The notes beneath the pieces were generated by a model. That model was not told where the DNA came from, made no database searches, and was given only the letters and a program-made list of their open reading frames with translations. Positions 28,003 through 41,283 of a stretch of DNA of 64,000 bases are shown in pieces. The stretch is taken from the NCBI RefSeq assembly GCF_006345805.1, contig NC_043008.1:50964001-51028000 (forward strand), given 5' to 3'. Each line of letters starts with the position of its first letter. The first letter of the stretch is position 1. This DNA is from Octopus sinensis (lineage: Eukaryota). The position numbers were made by a program, and so were the translations under genes.

Positions 28003-28445
28003 GCAGAGCAACAAGAATATATTAGTACGATAGTTTCAACAAGGACAGGTTTATAAACAAAGATTACAGCATATAAACGAGTCCCCTACTCATCATAAAT
28101 ACATGTAATCTCTAGAATCCTATAGGCATACTCATGAAGTAATGTAGATAATAAACAGATTTCTAAAGTTCATTAAAGTTCTTTAAAGATGATGTACAGT
28201 CTTATCACAGAATTATAAAATTCGTGATAAGAATGTACATCATCTTTAAAAGAAACTTTAATGACTTAGAAATCTGTTTTAATTATACATTACTTCATGA
28301 GATAGCCTAACACTAGGAGTCTAGAAACTACATGATTTAGCTGATAGTACGGGACTAGTTTTATACGTAATCTTTGCAACTTTTAATAAAAACTTGTATG
28401 AAACGATCGTATAACATATCCATTCTTTTGCTTCTTCTCGCTATA
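28002..28445. mobile_element. Foldback element, arms about 210 bp, centred near 28215
   Basis: TTTAAAGATGATGTACA pairs with TGTACATCATCTTTAAA, CTCATGAAGTAATGTA with TACATTACTTCATGAG, and AAACAGATTTCTAA with TTAGAAATCTGTTT; many small indels between the arms. Confidence 0.85.
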
Positions 28446-28543
28446 TCACCCCACATTACTGTATGTTAAATCAGTATAGTTTTTTGGTATCTAAGTTAGG
28501 TACCTATTCAGTAAATTTTTTTAAATTAACTTGAATCTATTGT

Positions 28544-28580
<37 letters not shown>

Positions 28581-31500
28581 AACGAGCAGCAGAATTTCAT
28601 ATATTTGCAAAAACGAGGTTTATTTTTCTTATTACCAAAATATTTCGAGATTTCCGAACTTGGTAACATGAGCAACAGACTGTTCAATATTCTAGCTTTT
28701 TTAAATATCAAAGGTAATTTAAAATACCGACCGCCTTAAAATATTGTATCTGATCAGGGTACGAGTTACCAGTATTAACAAAGTTTGGTACCTAAGCGCT
28801 GTGTCTGTGGGTTTGATAGTTCTATTATCACTTGGATTGGAATGTAGAAATACTAGCGAGGTTTTAACTTTGTTGCGGTAAATGCTGAGATTCTACATTA
28901 AACTCAGATGTGTCTATCTGAGTATATACATAAGTTGTTGTGTGTGATAATCTATAGATTGAATCAGTTCTTAAACTAAAGATTTGCTCCTGGTGAAACA
29001 CCTTACACATCACATTCAATTTAATAACTCATTTAATAATTAGGTATTAATAATGCATCAACTAACAACAGCTAAATGATTGATGATGTTTACATGTTTA
29101 CATTGAAACCATACAAACAGGTGTAGAACAAAATAAAATGAAATTTTAAAACATGAACGTGATTATTCTATATACATATACATATATATATACATACATT
29201 CATATATATATATGTATAGTATAGTGTAAATATATATATCTATATATATATATATACTAATATATATATAATATAGATATATATATGTGTACATATATAT
29301 ACATATATATATATATATGTATATATATCTATATATAATATATATATATATATATATATCATTAGATAGATAGATAACTAGATAGATAATTAAATAGATA
29401 GATATACATGTACATGTATATGCAGATAAATACGTAAATATATACATATACATATATACATATACATATATATATGCATATGTATATTTATTTATATATA
29501 CATGTCATTTTACAATGATGGGCACTTTCAAATTTAAAATAGTTATATAATAACCCAGCATTTTATGTAATAAAATAATTGACAGAAAATGTCTAGAATT
29601 CAATTTCGTCGAAGTTTTCGGCTATTGTGGCAAAAAGAAAATAGTGGAAGAAAATAAAATTAAAAATGAGTATATTATAATATTATACTAGGGTGGAAGT
29701 ATTGTTTGAAAAATAAAGCGTATGTATATGAATGGGTGTAAGTGTGTGTGCATGTACATGTGTGTGCATGTATATGTGTGTTTAAGTTCATGTATGCGAC
29801 AGTTCGTTAAGTAATGTATTAAAAATTTATTTAACTGTTTTTTAGTTTCCTTTTTGCTAAAAAAAGACCAGAAATGTCTAGCAGTAATTGATAGCAACCA
29901 TTAAAATAAAAGGGAGATAATTTCTAGAAATCTAAAATGATAATCTCAAAAATATGTGTTACACGGTCAAGGAAAGACAACTATGGACATGTTTCGGTCT
30001 ATTAGATCATATTAGCATTGTAAGGAGTAGACATACGTGCAGAAGTGTAGAAAAATTATGTTACATATAGAACAACAGCTTCCAATATTTTTAGCCAATA
30101 TAATTTGCTTAATTAAAAATATTATGAAACAAGGGGAAATAATTGATATACGAAAAAGGCATGAATTTGTGTAATTGATTTGATAATTAACTTAATGGTA
30201 TTTAATATAATAATAGGATATATTTTGTTCGCTCAAAAGATTTGAATAGACATTTTCAAATTTCCTTTGATATTTTCTGCTTTGATTGTTTTATTTTGAA
30301 TTTTATTTATTTATTTATATTTATTTATTTTGCAGTTTGGCCAATCACAGGTGTTTAACTTCGATTCTTCTCTTCGATTGTGCATTTCCTATGTTGAAAA
30401 ACATTTTAAATATGTCTATACTGTATATATTTTTTCTTTAAGCAATTTTGTTTTCAAGACTGGCATACGATGGCCGAATAACTTAGAATTTTACTACACA
30501 ACAATGTAGTATCGCTTTCGATCCCGCCGCGAGATATAAAGAAAATATCATTTTCTACAGCTTCAGACAAGGCATATTTAGAGAAATTGGGTAGACGGAA
30601 AATGCATAGAAACCCGTCGGTGTGAACTCTGTAATTCATAATCACAGTGTCTGCCTTATTACAGTGTCTGCCTTCTAGATTCTGCCTTAGAATTACATTA
30701 AGGCTACACCTGTCTGTGGAATACGCTGAAATGTTAATTTAAGGAACAGATAATCTAGTTGATAGAATAGCTAAATCGTCGTCATTGAACGACAGAGATC
30801 CTCTACCACCTACAATTATACTTTCCAGTCAGAATATTTTTTTAAGTGCAGAATATTATCGTAATCACGCATTGATAACTCCATTACAGGGTTGCTTAAG
30901 ATTAGCTTGCGTTACTTGTTCCAGCTCTGGAGAGCTGAGATCAAATCCCACACAGGTCAACTTTATTCATTGACCTTTTGGGACTGATATGTATTATAAC
31001 AGTCTGCCCTTTTTTCATTCCTCTTCCTTTCTTTCTTTCTCATTCTCTCTTTTAAGCACTTATAAATTGATTACAGACGACAAGGTCTTGATTCATAAAA
31101 GTTCACATAAACGAAGCTTGTAAGAAATGCTTCACGTAATCTCAGAAAAAAACTCTGACAATCCAGCAGCGGTCTTCAACTAATTCATACACCATGTGTC
31201 GTTCTTCGGCACGATGTCGAAATTATGAGAGGGAGTGTGGTCAAAAAAATACCTGGGTACTATTTTAACATGTCGGGTATATACTGAGGAAATTATTAAC
31301 AGGCTCGATTTTGGTAGCTCTTTATACATAGATCAGCCTATAATCCGCTCATTACCATTCCATATTATTCTTTCCTTCATTGGCTTGAAAACTACCAAAT
31401 TTTTTGCATGCAAGTTGACGAAGTATTCTGTAGAACTATGTAGTGTAACCATAGAAACATCATCAGTAAATTTATAGATCCTGCTGCATCTCATACGGAA

Positions 31501-32494
31501 TATACAGCCAAAAGCTATTTATTTTCTGACCAAAACATACGGCATTTGACTGTATATTTTGCTCAGAAAAATTCATATTCTTTCCCGGAAAATACAGAAG
31601 TTATCTCTTTTTCTTCTAATCATTGTTGAATCATCAAAATATGAAGTCTTTCTTCATCCGGGCATTGCTTGTGACGTAAGTAATTATTTTTTAAATAAGA
31701 AGAATATAAAAGAAATATTAATTATGTCGATCAATGCTCAGTCATCAGATAATTAATAGCTAATTATTATCACTCAATTGGGAATCGTTCGCATTACTAT
31801 CGAATAAAGTAGAATTAGTTACATTCTTAGAATTTGAAATTAAAAACATCATTTCCATAATTTATATTTATTTTTTCTTTTTGTTAATGTGTTTTGCCAT
31901 AGATTTTAATTTAATATTTTATATTAATAATTCAAGATTAATTTCCTAAAAGAGTTTATGTTGAAAAGCGCATAATATATAAATAAGTAAATAAATAAAT
32001 AAATAAAGTCAGGTCTATTTTGCTTTAAAATTTTGTTGGATTTTTACTATGGAATGTTGTTAATATTCTTGTTTAACATTTTCACGCTCTTTAAATATAT
32101 TTGTGATACAATCATAATTTGACAGGGAAAAATTTCAATTAACATTTATATATTCATATATATTATTATATTATCTTTAAAAAAATCATTTTGCTGGGGA
32201 ATGAAGTATTTTGGTTCGTATGAAAATATTGGAGAAATTGGATTGGAAATTTGTTCGAAAATTTGATTTTTGATATAGGAACATATTGGTCCTTCATGGA
32301 ACGTGTCAAATGCTATGGAAAGGATCAAGTGATCCTTCCATTTTTCAAAGCAATCAAATATTATAAGCGTTGCCTACGAAATAATCGTATGCATTATTCT
32401 CCTACTTTTCGAGGTTGCCCAGCTAGCTATAAGTACCAATAAGTACCAGCATACCGACGTCAGCATATATACATATATATACATACATATATAC

Positions 32495-32535
<41 letters not shown>

Positions 32536-32684
32536 TAAGTAATACTAAGCAATAAAGGGTTTTAGCAACGAATTGCCTTACCACATACCGAATTTAGAAA
32601 TAGCAGTCAAAGAGTTATAGCTATTCTTCTACTAAAAAGGTAAGGCAATTCGTTGCTAAACCCTTTATTGCTTAGTATTACTTA
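32536..32684. repeat. Near-perfect 46-bp inverted repeat with a 56-bp spacer inside a (TA)n-flanked island
   Basis: TAAGTAATACTAAGCAATAAAGGGTTTTAGCAACGAATTGCCTTACC vs GGTAAGGCAATTCGTTGCTAAACCCTTTATTGCTTAGTATTACTTA (one-base indel). Confidence 0.92.
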
Positions 32685-32794
32685 AATTTTCCTCGAATGA
32701 GGCTTTTACATGCCGAAGACTACTTGGTGTAATTGATAATTATTCCAAATTAATTAATTCACCCTTCATTATTACGGATAACTATATATATATA

Positions 32795-32893
<99 letters not shown>

Positions 32894-32910
32894 TAAATAC
32901 ATATATATAT

Positions 32911-32954
<44 letters not shown>

Positions 32955-32960
32955 ATATAT

Positions 32961-32991
<31 letters not shown>

Positions 32992-33127
32992 CATATATAT
33001 TCACATAATGCATACACGCATGCAAGCATATATATATGTATATATATATATATATATTTGCATGTGTATATACATATAAAAATATTTGCATATGATTTCT
33101 AGGAATACATGTATATGTGTCGGCATG

Positions 33128-33200
<73 letters not shown>

Positions 33201-33452
33201 GTATGAATGTATGTATGTTATATATATATATATATATACATATATTATGTATATAAATATATGTATATATGTGCTCTCGCGTTTGTGCGACCGTTTGTGC
33301 ATGCGTGTGTGTGTGCATGTATGTGCGCGCGTGGATTGGTTTAATAATATATTTTTATACCTATATGTATACGGATGTCAATAAATTAAGTATTGAATCA
33401 AAGTAACTATAATCATTTGTATTATGTATATATGTATATATATATATATATG

Positions 33453-33484
<32 letters not shown>

Positions 33485-34424
33485 ATTATATATATATGCA
33501 TATATATACATATGTATATATGTATAGATACATATATCTATCTATCTATATATATACATACATACATGTGTATATATATATATATATAAACGCATATATA
33601 TGTGCATGTATCTGTATATATATCTCAGTATATCTACATGGACACACACAGATGTATATATATGTATGTATTTGTGAATATATGCATTTATATATATATG
33701 TATATATATATAACTAATGAGAGGGATGGAAGATGGAAGTTACGAGGATCTTTATCAATCACTACAATCGCTTCGACCCGTCTCGTATCGATCCCTCGCG
33801 GCCGAGATAATGTACAACTGGACTGGTTGTGTCACTCGGTGTAGATGTGTCTCTTCAGATGATTTCAATATGCATAACGTTCAAATAAACTCTGTTTCGA
33901 AAAACTTGTTACTGCATGTTTTCTACTCTGTCTTAAAACTTAGAAATTGCAAGAAATTGAAAGAACACTCCTTCAGTGTTATAGAAGATCAATAACAATA
34001 TCAATCAAAATATGTTACAAAAAGATACAAATACAAAATGAGGCTAGATGGGTCGAAGCGATTGTAGTAATCATTACAGATTCTCGTATCTTCTATCTTC
34101 CATTATATTTGTGTGGATATATGTGTGCGATATGAATATGAAAGGCATTATATCGGCTTAATTGTGCATATTAATGCTAAATAATTTGGAATTTTTGGCG
34201 AGTACATATAATGTCGTACACAATTTTCTACGATAAAATAAGCTGTAATATATATCCATATTAATTACTATCTTGGAATTTAATTCCTTGTATCAGTAGT
34301 TTCGTTCATAAGCTCGATAATATAATATACACGTACATATAATTACATATATATAGAAATATATATATGTATAACCATATATCTATGAAACTAATTATCC
34401 ATAACTATCTGACTAGCTATCTTA

Positions 34425-34571
<147 letters not shown>

Positions 34572-34679
34572 TACATATTGTGAGAAATATATGGATATTA
34601 ATATCCGTATCTACAATATCTATTTGATAATTTGGCACTCTATCTAGTTGCCTATATATACATATATATGGAAAAACTA

Positions 34680-35981
34680 ATTTTCAGTCCCATGTAGGAA
34701 AGAATATGTGATAGTTGGTATTGGGTGGGGATGATAATGCAACTGAGTCTTAAAACGTGTTGTAGTTTTTAAATTTTGCGACAGACTTATTAAAATACCA
34801 AACCAATTTAGTGAATTCTTTGTTTTTCAATGCCAATAGGAAAAAGTTTAGGCGAGATCTTAAACAGAAGGGAAAATTCGGGAAAACATGCTTTTGTCAG
34901 CTCAATGTTTATTTTTTTTCCCTATAAAAACACACCGGAATGAGAAAACTCAATTTATTCAAGCCAAAACGGCTAGAAGCAACAAACATGAATCAAATGT
35001 TTACGAGACTTGCCTGTCTCCGGGATTGGAAACCTAAACTCCGTACTCGTGTACAATGACGCCTTACAGCTTCTCAGACAGTAGTTGCTGGCGAGACCCT
35101 ATGCTTAACCTGTTAGATTATTTCTGGACCCTCAAGAAATAACAAATATACATTGGATTGTTCTAAACTAGTGGCTTCTTAAGGAAATCAACCCACTGGA
35201 ACGGTGCACGATCGTCAGACAACAACAAGTTACCAAGACATTTGACAAAAAACAAATGGCGTATGTAGAAAATCAATCAATAGGAGTACTGGTCAAAAAC
35301 AAGTGATCAAAACTGACGACAAACAAATGACATCAACAGGAAGTCAACCAATCAAAGCCCTGCATTTCTTCTAAACCAAAATATGTGACGAGACCATCCA
35401 AAAGACAAGAGACATATTCAGACAGGCAGCCAGACAAAATAGTAAATGGACAAAAACAAGACACAAATTTACAACCAATCACAACTTCAACGTTTACCTT
35501 TAATTCCTACATATACAAAGAAATTTTAGCTTAAAACAGTTCAATTTCTCATTAACAAAACCAACGATGAGGAATCCTCCCTGATGAACTACAACAGGAA
35601 TTTAATAAAAAAAAACCCAACTCTTTCTTTCATTTCTTCTTGTCTTACTCTTTTAAAACTTTAATCGTATCTAATTATTACTATAACTCAATCATACTGA
35701 GCGTCTATCATGTACGACTGCTATGCAATCCATCGAACTTTTGAACTTGTATTTCTATCTATCTCTGTGAAACGTATTGACAATTGGAATTTGTATGAAC
35801 ATTTGATCTTTTAAGCTTGCTTTCCCCAATTTTCCTGTTTACCTCTCCTAATCTATTTTCTTTTTTTAGCATAGAAAAAGAAAAAAGAAAAATGTCGTAA
35901 CCAGTTTGGAACTTTTAATATATATATCAGAAAAAGTTTTAAGACCCAGTTGAATTTTCAACCACCAAAACGAATTTTCCT

Positions 35982-36026
<45 letters not shown>

Positions 36027-36387
36027 CGTACGTACGTATGTATGTATGTAAGCATGTATGTGTATATGTATGCATGCATGTAGCTATGTATAGTTATGTT
36101 TTACGTGATTTATTTGCCATTACGTTCGTTACAGGAAATAAATATGCTGTAAATAGTAATTCAGATAAGCATCCATGTGTGCACGTGTATAATATCAGAA
36201 CAGGTGCAGACAAATACTTCACTATAGTTATATGTAAATGATACACTATTCCGAGTATATTAATAGTAACGTATTCTAAATCTTCAATACCGCAATGTCA
36301 TTTTCTAATAATTTTATTATTAATAAATTATATAGTAATTTTATTAATTGGTCCTTGTTCTCTGTAGAATGTTGCTGTGGAATGTTA

Positions 36388-36427
<40 letters not shown>

Positions 36428-36490
36428 ACATTAGTAATTTTATTAATTGGTCCTTGTTCTCTGTAGAATGTTGCAGTGGAATGTTATGAT

Positions 36491-36564
<74 letters not shown>

Positions 36565-36592
36565 ATATATATACATGTATATACGTAGGTTT

Positions 36593-36652
<60 letters not shown>

Positions 36653-36901
36653 CCGTTGTGTTTATGGAAAATTATTTTTAAATAGGTACAGCACCAAATC
36701 ATATTGATGCTTATAGATTAAATATATGTTACGACGAATACGCCCTAACGTAGACAGCCATTCTTATAATATTTGATGTTGTTATTGTAATTTATATACA
36801 TATTAAGACATATACATACATATCTATATATATATGTATTTATACACATGTATACATTTATGTATATAAATATATATATATTTAAATATATATATATATA
36901 A

Positions 36902-36984
<83 letters not shown>

Positions 36985-37213
36985 ATATATATATGTATTT
37001 ATACACATGTATACATTTATGTATATAAATATATATATATTTAAATATATATATATTTAAATATATATATATATATTATATATATATATATACATGTATA
37101 TACGTAGGTTTATACATACATACATATATATATATATATTATATATATATAATATATATATATATATATAAGTATATATATATATATATATATACATGTA
37201 TATACGTAGGTTT

Positions 37214-37246
<33 letters not shown>

Positions 37247-37278
37247 ATATATATATATTTAAATATATATATATATAA

Positions 37279-37358
<80 letters not shown>

Positions 37359-37411
37359 ATATATATGAGAAGAAGAAGAAGGAAAGGAGGAAAGAAAGAC
37401 AGAAAAATATT
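34680..37411 (-). other. Probable 3' UTR of the nAChR gene (end not defined)
   Basis: Lies directly downstream of the stop codon. 34680-35980 is unique, free of SINEs and U/GU-rich on the minus strand. Candidate AATAAA signals (TTTATT on +) at 36313, 36109, 34954 and 34908. Confidence 0.5.
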
Positions 37412-37594
37412 TCATGACGTATAACTACTGTAACAGTTATCCAACGGATCCACAAGTTGCAGGGGTTCGCGGTTATCGTAGAGGGTAGGGGCTTGTAAGA
37501 TGATGCCGAAGGTGCCGACCACACAGGCGGTTGTGAAAATCCAGAGGAACAGACGATCCAGAACCATGGCAACGTATTTCCAGTCTTCTTGAAT
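37412..37594 (-). CDS. Terminal coding exon of a nicotinic acetylcholine receptor (Cys-loop) subunit: end of MA helix, TM4 and C-terminal tail
   Basis: The minus strand reads tttactttcag|ATT CAA GAA GAC TGG..., a pyrimidine-rich acceptor in phase 0. It encodes [60 protein letters not shown] (60 aa, TGA at 37412-37414). [18 protein letters not shown]...[11 protein letters not shown] is the hallmark pre-TM4/TM4 segment of protostome neuronal nAChR subunits (insect alpha1-4-like group). The exact orthologue, and alpha versus non-alpha, cannot be determined from this exon alone. Confidence 0.95.
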   Translation of the reverse strand: MQEDWKYVAMVLDRLFLWIFTTACVVGTFGIILQAPTLYDNREPLQLVDPLDNCYSSYTS

Positions 37595-37875
37595 CTGAAA
37601 GTAAACGAAGGTGATATAATTATTCATATTTAATTAACATAAATTTATCCCCATCTTTCTTTGTTGCGTTCTTTCATGTTTATTTTCTTGGTGGTGTATT
37701 CTCTTTCTCTTATTGTCGATTTACTTCTTTCATCATGGCTTTTAAACCTTTAAAATCTACTTTATGTTTATAGGAGAAAAAATGCTTGATAAGATTAACC
37801 GCGTCCTACACCAATGCTATTGCCTCTTCTATGAAGGCATTTTTCTACTGAGTCATCGACGGCATCACAGTATAT

Positions 37876-38100
37876 ATTTCTTTACTACCCACAAGGGGCT
37901 AAACACAGAGAGGACAAACGGATTAAGTAGATTATATCGACCCCAGTGCGTAACTGGTACTTATTTAATCGACCCCGAAAGGATGAAACGCAAAGTCGAC
38001 CTCGGCGGAATTTGAACTCAGAACGTAACGGCGGACGAAATAGCTATTTCTTTACTACCCACAAGGGGCTAAACACAGAGGGGACAAACAAAGACAGAAA
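37876..38100 (-). mobile_element. SINE family A multimer fragment in the nAChR intron
   Basis: Tail A and body followed by a second tail A; about 280 bp from the exon acceptor. Confidence 0.88.
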
Positions 38101-38143
38101 AACGTAATAGTAGAAAAGATTATTATTATTATTATTATTATTA

Positions 38144-38188
<45 letters not shown>

Positions 38189-38200
38189 TTATTATTATTA

Positions 38201-38264
<64 letters not shown>

Positions 38265-38619
38265 CGTTGCTTTTGTTTTTCCTAGTCATATGGTTCTCAT
38301 TTCATTGTTGCTGACTCCATAACAAAAGGATTAATTGATTTGCTATCATTGCCACCAGGCACTAACTAATGAGAGGATTGTGCTAAGAATGAACGATGAG
38401 TTTCTTATTGGAAAGAATGACACAATGTCAAATAACAAGCAAATCTGGTGTTGGATGTTTTGAAAGTAAGGCCTGTTAATTGAAGACGACAAACTGACAA
38501 GTAATCAACACGTGTTGTCTAAAATTATTTCCTACAATGAAAGAACTCCATCGAAGCCAGATGCAACCAAAACGCTTTTACCGGATCTTTGTGGTTATCG
38601 TTTGTGCATATTCTTTACA

Positions 38620-38967
38620 CTATTACTTGTTCAGTCACTTGACTGTGGTCATGCTGGAGCACCGCCTTTAGTCGAGCAAATCGCCCCCAGGACTTACTCT
38701 TTGTAAGCCTAGCTTACTTATTCTATCGGTCTATTTTGCCGGTTGTCAAGCGATGTTGGGGGGGGGGGACAAAGACAGACACACAAACACACACACATAT
38801 ATATATATATTCACATACATATATACGACGGGCTTCTTTCAGTTTCCGTCTACCTAATCCACTCACAAGGTTTTGGCCGGCCCGAGGTTATAGTTGAAGA
38901 CACCTTCCCAAGGTGCCACGCAGTGGGACTGAATCCGGAACCATGTGGTTGGAAAGCACACAGCCAC
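38620..38967 (-). mobile_element. SINE family B copy
   Basis: CATGCTGGAGCACCGCCTTTAGTCGAGCAAATCG tail module, internal CA/TA microsatellite, and head module TTTCAGTTTCCGTCTACC...GGAACCATGTGG. Confidence 0.87.
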
Positions 38968-39519
38968 TTCTTAAAAGAAAATATTTACGTATCATTTAGG
39001 TGTTATCTTTCATGCTGAATTCGAATTTGTAATTCATTCATTCCAGAAAAATTTTGCGAAAATGTTACAGGTGTTCAAGGTTTTGATAATTTTCAGAATT
39101 TTCAGCCAATCAGAACAGAGCTCGTTCACTGCCTCTTCCATCATCTGTCACAGTAGCGAGAAAGGGGGAGGGCACCGGCATGCTAAATCTTTAAACTAGC
39201 TCCAGGAAACAGTGAAAAACATTAAAAGATTCGCGAACAAATTAAATATTTAAATGCTACGAACAAACCAACCGGAGTTGCTAGAAATAACAGTCAAAAC
39301 ATTGCTTAAAACAGACATTTATTGGTTATAAAACTCAAGAATGAAAGTTTGCAAGACACTCTAGGATTTTATAATGTAAACTATCTTTCTCATATCTCTT
39401 TTTCCACATAACGTCACAAAGATAAGAATCGACCATGGAATGGTGTGTCCCACACCTGCGTTTTGTTTCCACGCTTTAAAGATGCCCAGATACACTCAGG
39501 TCGTTGATTATACTGAAGT

Positions 39520-39840
39520 TGTTGCTTACACTCCTTCCACGCATGACTGGCGGTTGCACGGGCGCGAAAGCTACGTTGTCATCCTCATTCCGTAAACGGT
39601 GGCTTTTACGGGTGGAGAGCTGAACCATCCTGGGGGTACAGATGATTCGCAATCTAGACTAGGGTCTGAAAGTTTACCGCACCATAGTGGGTTACACCAT
39701 GGGTCCTCTGCTTTGTGGCAGGAGTAGGAAGAAAGAGTGAGAGAAAGTTGTGGTGAAAGAGTACGGCGGGGTTCACCACCACCCCTCGCCGGAGCCTCGT
39801 GGTGTAATCCTGCGACAGACACAGCAGAACATCGAAAGTG

Positions 39841-39882
<42 letters not shown>

Positions 39883-40080
39883 AAGTGAAAGACAGAAAAA
39901 GAGAGGGAGAGAGAGAGAGAGTGGCCTGCACCAGTAGTAGGCAAGTACATATTTTCGATTAAGAAGAATGGAAGAACGTGAAATGAAGCGCCCCACTGAA
40001 AAATACAACGTGCTCCCAGCCGACCCAAGAATCGAACCCAGGAGCTTATGATCATGTGTGCCAAGTGCGTTCACTGAGCT
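39520..40080 (-). mobile_element. Probable additional tRNA-headed retroposon interrupted by (GA)n
   Basis: The minus strand starts AGCTCAGTG...CCTGGGTTCGATTC (A/B-box-like, 40080-40030). The GC-richer body at 39520-39810 contains CACGAGGCTCCGGCGAGGGGTGGTGGTGAACCC. Whether the two parts belong to one element is uncertain. Confidence 0.45.
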
Positions 40081-40458
40081 TCCATTAATAAAGAGTGAGC
40101 CTTTATTACATACGATTTAAACCTCCATTATACACGTTTAGGCAATGAATCTATATAGAGATTAAGGAAGCTTTGGTGCATTTAGCTATATACGCAATAT
40201 AAGGATGCCACAGGATATTCCTAGTTCTATTTCCTACTGAGACAATCTGGCGCTCGAATAAATTGCTGTTATTTCCTGCTCTTGAGGTCAACTTTGGAAA
40301 TGCGACTGATGTTTTGCAATCAAGTCATTATCTGAAGTGTTTTACAAACGTTCTTTCATAAACAAACATACTAGAACTATAAATAAACATGCGTACATAG
40401 AAAGACGCAAACAAGCTCATAACGTACACACATTTGCGTGAGTGCTAATACATGCAAG

Positions 40459-40674
40459 TACAGGTTGCGGCGGAAAGATCTCCCGTATTTTATGCGGGCA
40501 TTGGTAAGTGATTACGGACGTTAGGGAGATTATCATTGGCACTTCATGTAGCGAATGTCCTATAGTTGTTTTCGTTTTTATCATTATAGTCTTCGTTTCT
40601 GCAAAGAGTACATATATATTGAAAATATTTGTGTCAACCTTTGATATATGAGAAGTGTTTTGCTACACTCTGTA
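40459..40674. mobile_element. Diverged Tc1/mariner-like MITE
   Basis: TA-CAGGTTGCGGCGGAAAGATCTCCCGTAT ... ATATGAGAAGTGTTTTGCTACACTCTG-TA: degenerate terminal inverted repeats of about 28 bp with TA flanks. Confidence 0.45.
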
Positions 40675-40698
40675 TATAGGTGTTTGCTGATATATTAC

Positions 40699-40986
40699 TT
40701 AGTGGTTAGGGCATTCGGCTCACAATCGGAGGTCGTGAGTTCGATTCTTGGGGACGCATTGTGTCTTTGAGCAAGACACTTTATTTCACGTTGCTCCAGT
40801 CCACTCAGCTGGCAAAAATGAGTAGTACCTGTATTTCAAAGGGCCAGCCTTGTCACATTCTGTGTCACGCTGAATCTCCTTGAGAACTACGTTAAATGTA
40901 CACGTGGTGTCTGTGAAGTGTTCAACCACTTGCACGTTAATTTCACGAGCAAGCTGTTCTGTTGATCGTATCGGTTGGGACACTCA
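40699..40986 (+). mobile_element. SINE family C (tRNA head plus CORE-like segment)
   Basis: TAGTGGTTAGGG (A-box), GAGTTCGATTC (B-box), TGTGTCTTTGAGCAAGACACTTTA. A related head fragment lies at 6481-6540 (-) and a diverged copy at about 41960-42100 (+). Confidence 0.82.
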
Positions 40987-41124
40987 ATTATAAATACACA
41001 CATAGACACACAGGTACATATACACATACGCACATATATGTATATACATGTATATGTATACTGCTCACCTGTTTGGCTGATTCCCTCAGTTTCTGTCACT
41101 CACCGTCAGAGAGTTAGAGCTTAA

Positions 41125-41283
41125 GTGAGCCTCGGGCAAACTGTGGCCCTCGAGACTTTCTGAACAGCCCGCCTAACGTAAAAATTACCCTGAATTGTTT
41201 CATTAGGGCGATCCGCCTGATAATGAGCCGTGTCACATGCGGACCTGCGGACCCGCTTCTTGAAGAAGTTTGCCCATTCCTTG
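41125..41283. mobile_element. hAT-like MITE remnant
   Basis: GGGCAAACTGTGGCCCTCG near the left end and AAGTTTGCCCATTCCTTG at the right end are inverted and resemble CAGGGGTGGGCAAAC termini. Confidence 0.5.

Noticed and set aside
37412-37594. Possibility that this is a cephalopod chemotactile receptor
   Set aside because: The TM4 region closely follows the canonical neuronal nAChR consensus, and the ligand-binding exons needed to test this are not in the window.
37595-37627. N-terminal [11 protein letters not shown] of ORF 37412-37627
   Set aside because: It is intronic read-through upstream of the tttcag acceptor; the exon starts at 37594.
39095-39190. CCAAT-box/promoter-like patch (AGCCAATCAG), also at 30339 and 35347
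   Set aside because: Short motifs alone do not support a promoter, and no associated exon is seen.
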